Under the pieces are notes generated by a model. The model searched no databases and was not told the origin of the DNA. It was given only the letters and a program-made list of their open reading frames with translations. The position numbers were made by a program, and so were the translations under genes. Below are positions 63,675 through 64,000 of a stretch of DNA of 64,000 nucleotides, one piece after another; position 1 is the stretch's first letter; each line of letters begins with the position of its first letter. Source of the stretch: Octopus vulgaris. Taxonomy: Eukaryota. The stretch covers positions 20,274,001 through 20,338,000 of the forward strand of contig OX597815.1 in the NCBI GenBank assembly GCA_951406725.2. Reading direction: 5' to 3'.

Positions 63675-64000
63675 ATATATGGGTACAGGACACCCAAAAA
63701 AACGTCAAACACAATGAGAAACGAAAACATAAACACAAAACCAAGGAACTGGACATTTTTCTTAAATAACAAAAAAATAGAGTACAGGACAAATAACACA
63801 AGGAAAATTCCCCTTCTTCAGTCGCCATGGTTTCATCTACTCTGCGTTTCGAAGGTGAAGGCGATACGCATCTTCGATAGAAACTTTCCTTCTCTCGAAA
63901 AGCAAATTAAATAAAATTATATCATCATCATCATCATCGTTTAACGTCCGTTCTCCATGCTAGCATGGGTTGGACGGTTCAACTGGGGTCTTGGAAGCCC

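Overview
Eukaryotic, AT-rich, repeat-dominated animal genomic DNA. The SINE/LINE/microsatellite complement and the dynamin sequence suggest a coleoid cephalopod such as Octopus (inference, not database-checked). The only confidently identified host gene is the first coding exon of a classical dynamin (+, 48135-48298), followed by a first intron of more than 15 kb running off the window. Most of the rest is transposon-derived: decayed CR1/L2-group, RTE and Tx1-like LINEs, at least four SINE families, Helitrons, hAT/Merlin/piggyBac/TcMar-type MITEs, a solo LTR and large TA/CAC/GAA microsatellites. Nearly all long ORFs in the ORF track are microsatellite artefacts. Highlights: (1) a unique, GC-richer ~385-nt stretch (24132-24515) that folds by eye into a telomerase-RNA-like architecture (candidate only); (2) a near full-length U2 snRNA copy fused to the 3' tail of a local LINE and inserted into a MITE; (3) a canonical hammerhead ribozyme core next to a perfect 57-bp inverted repeat, plus a second degenerate one; (4) a Merlin-like MITE family carrying (TTAGGG)n; (5) a SINE/LINE shared 3' stem-loop with compensatory changes. 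All structures were derived manually, without folding software or database searches.
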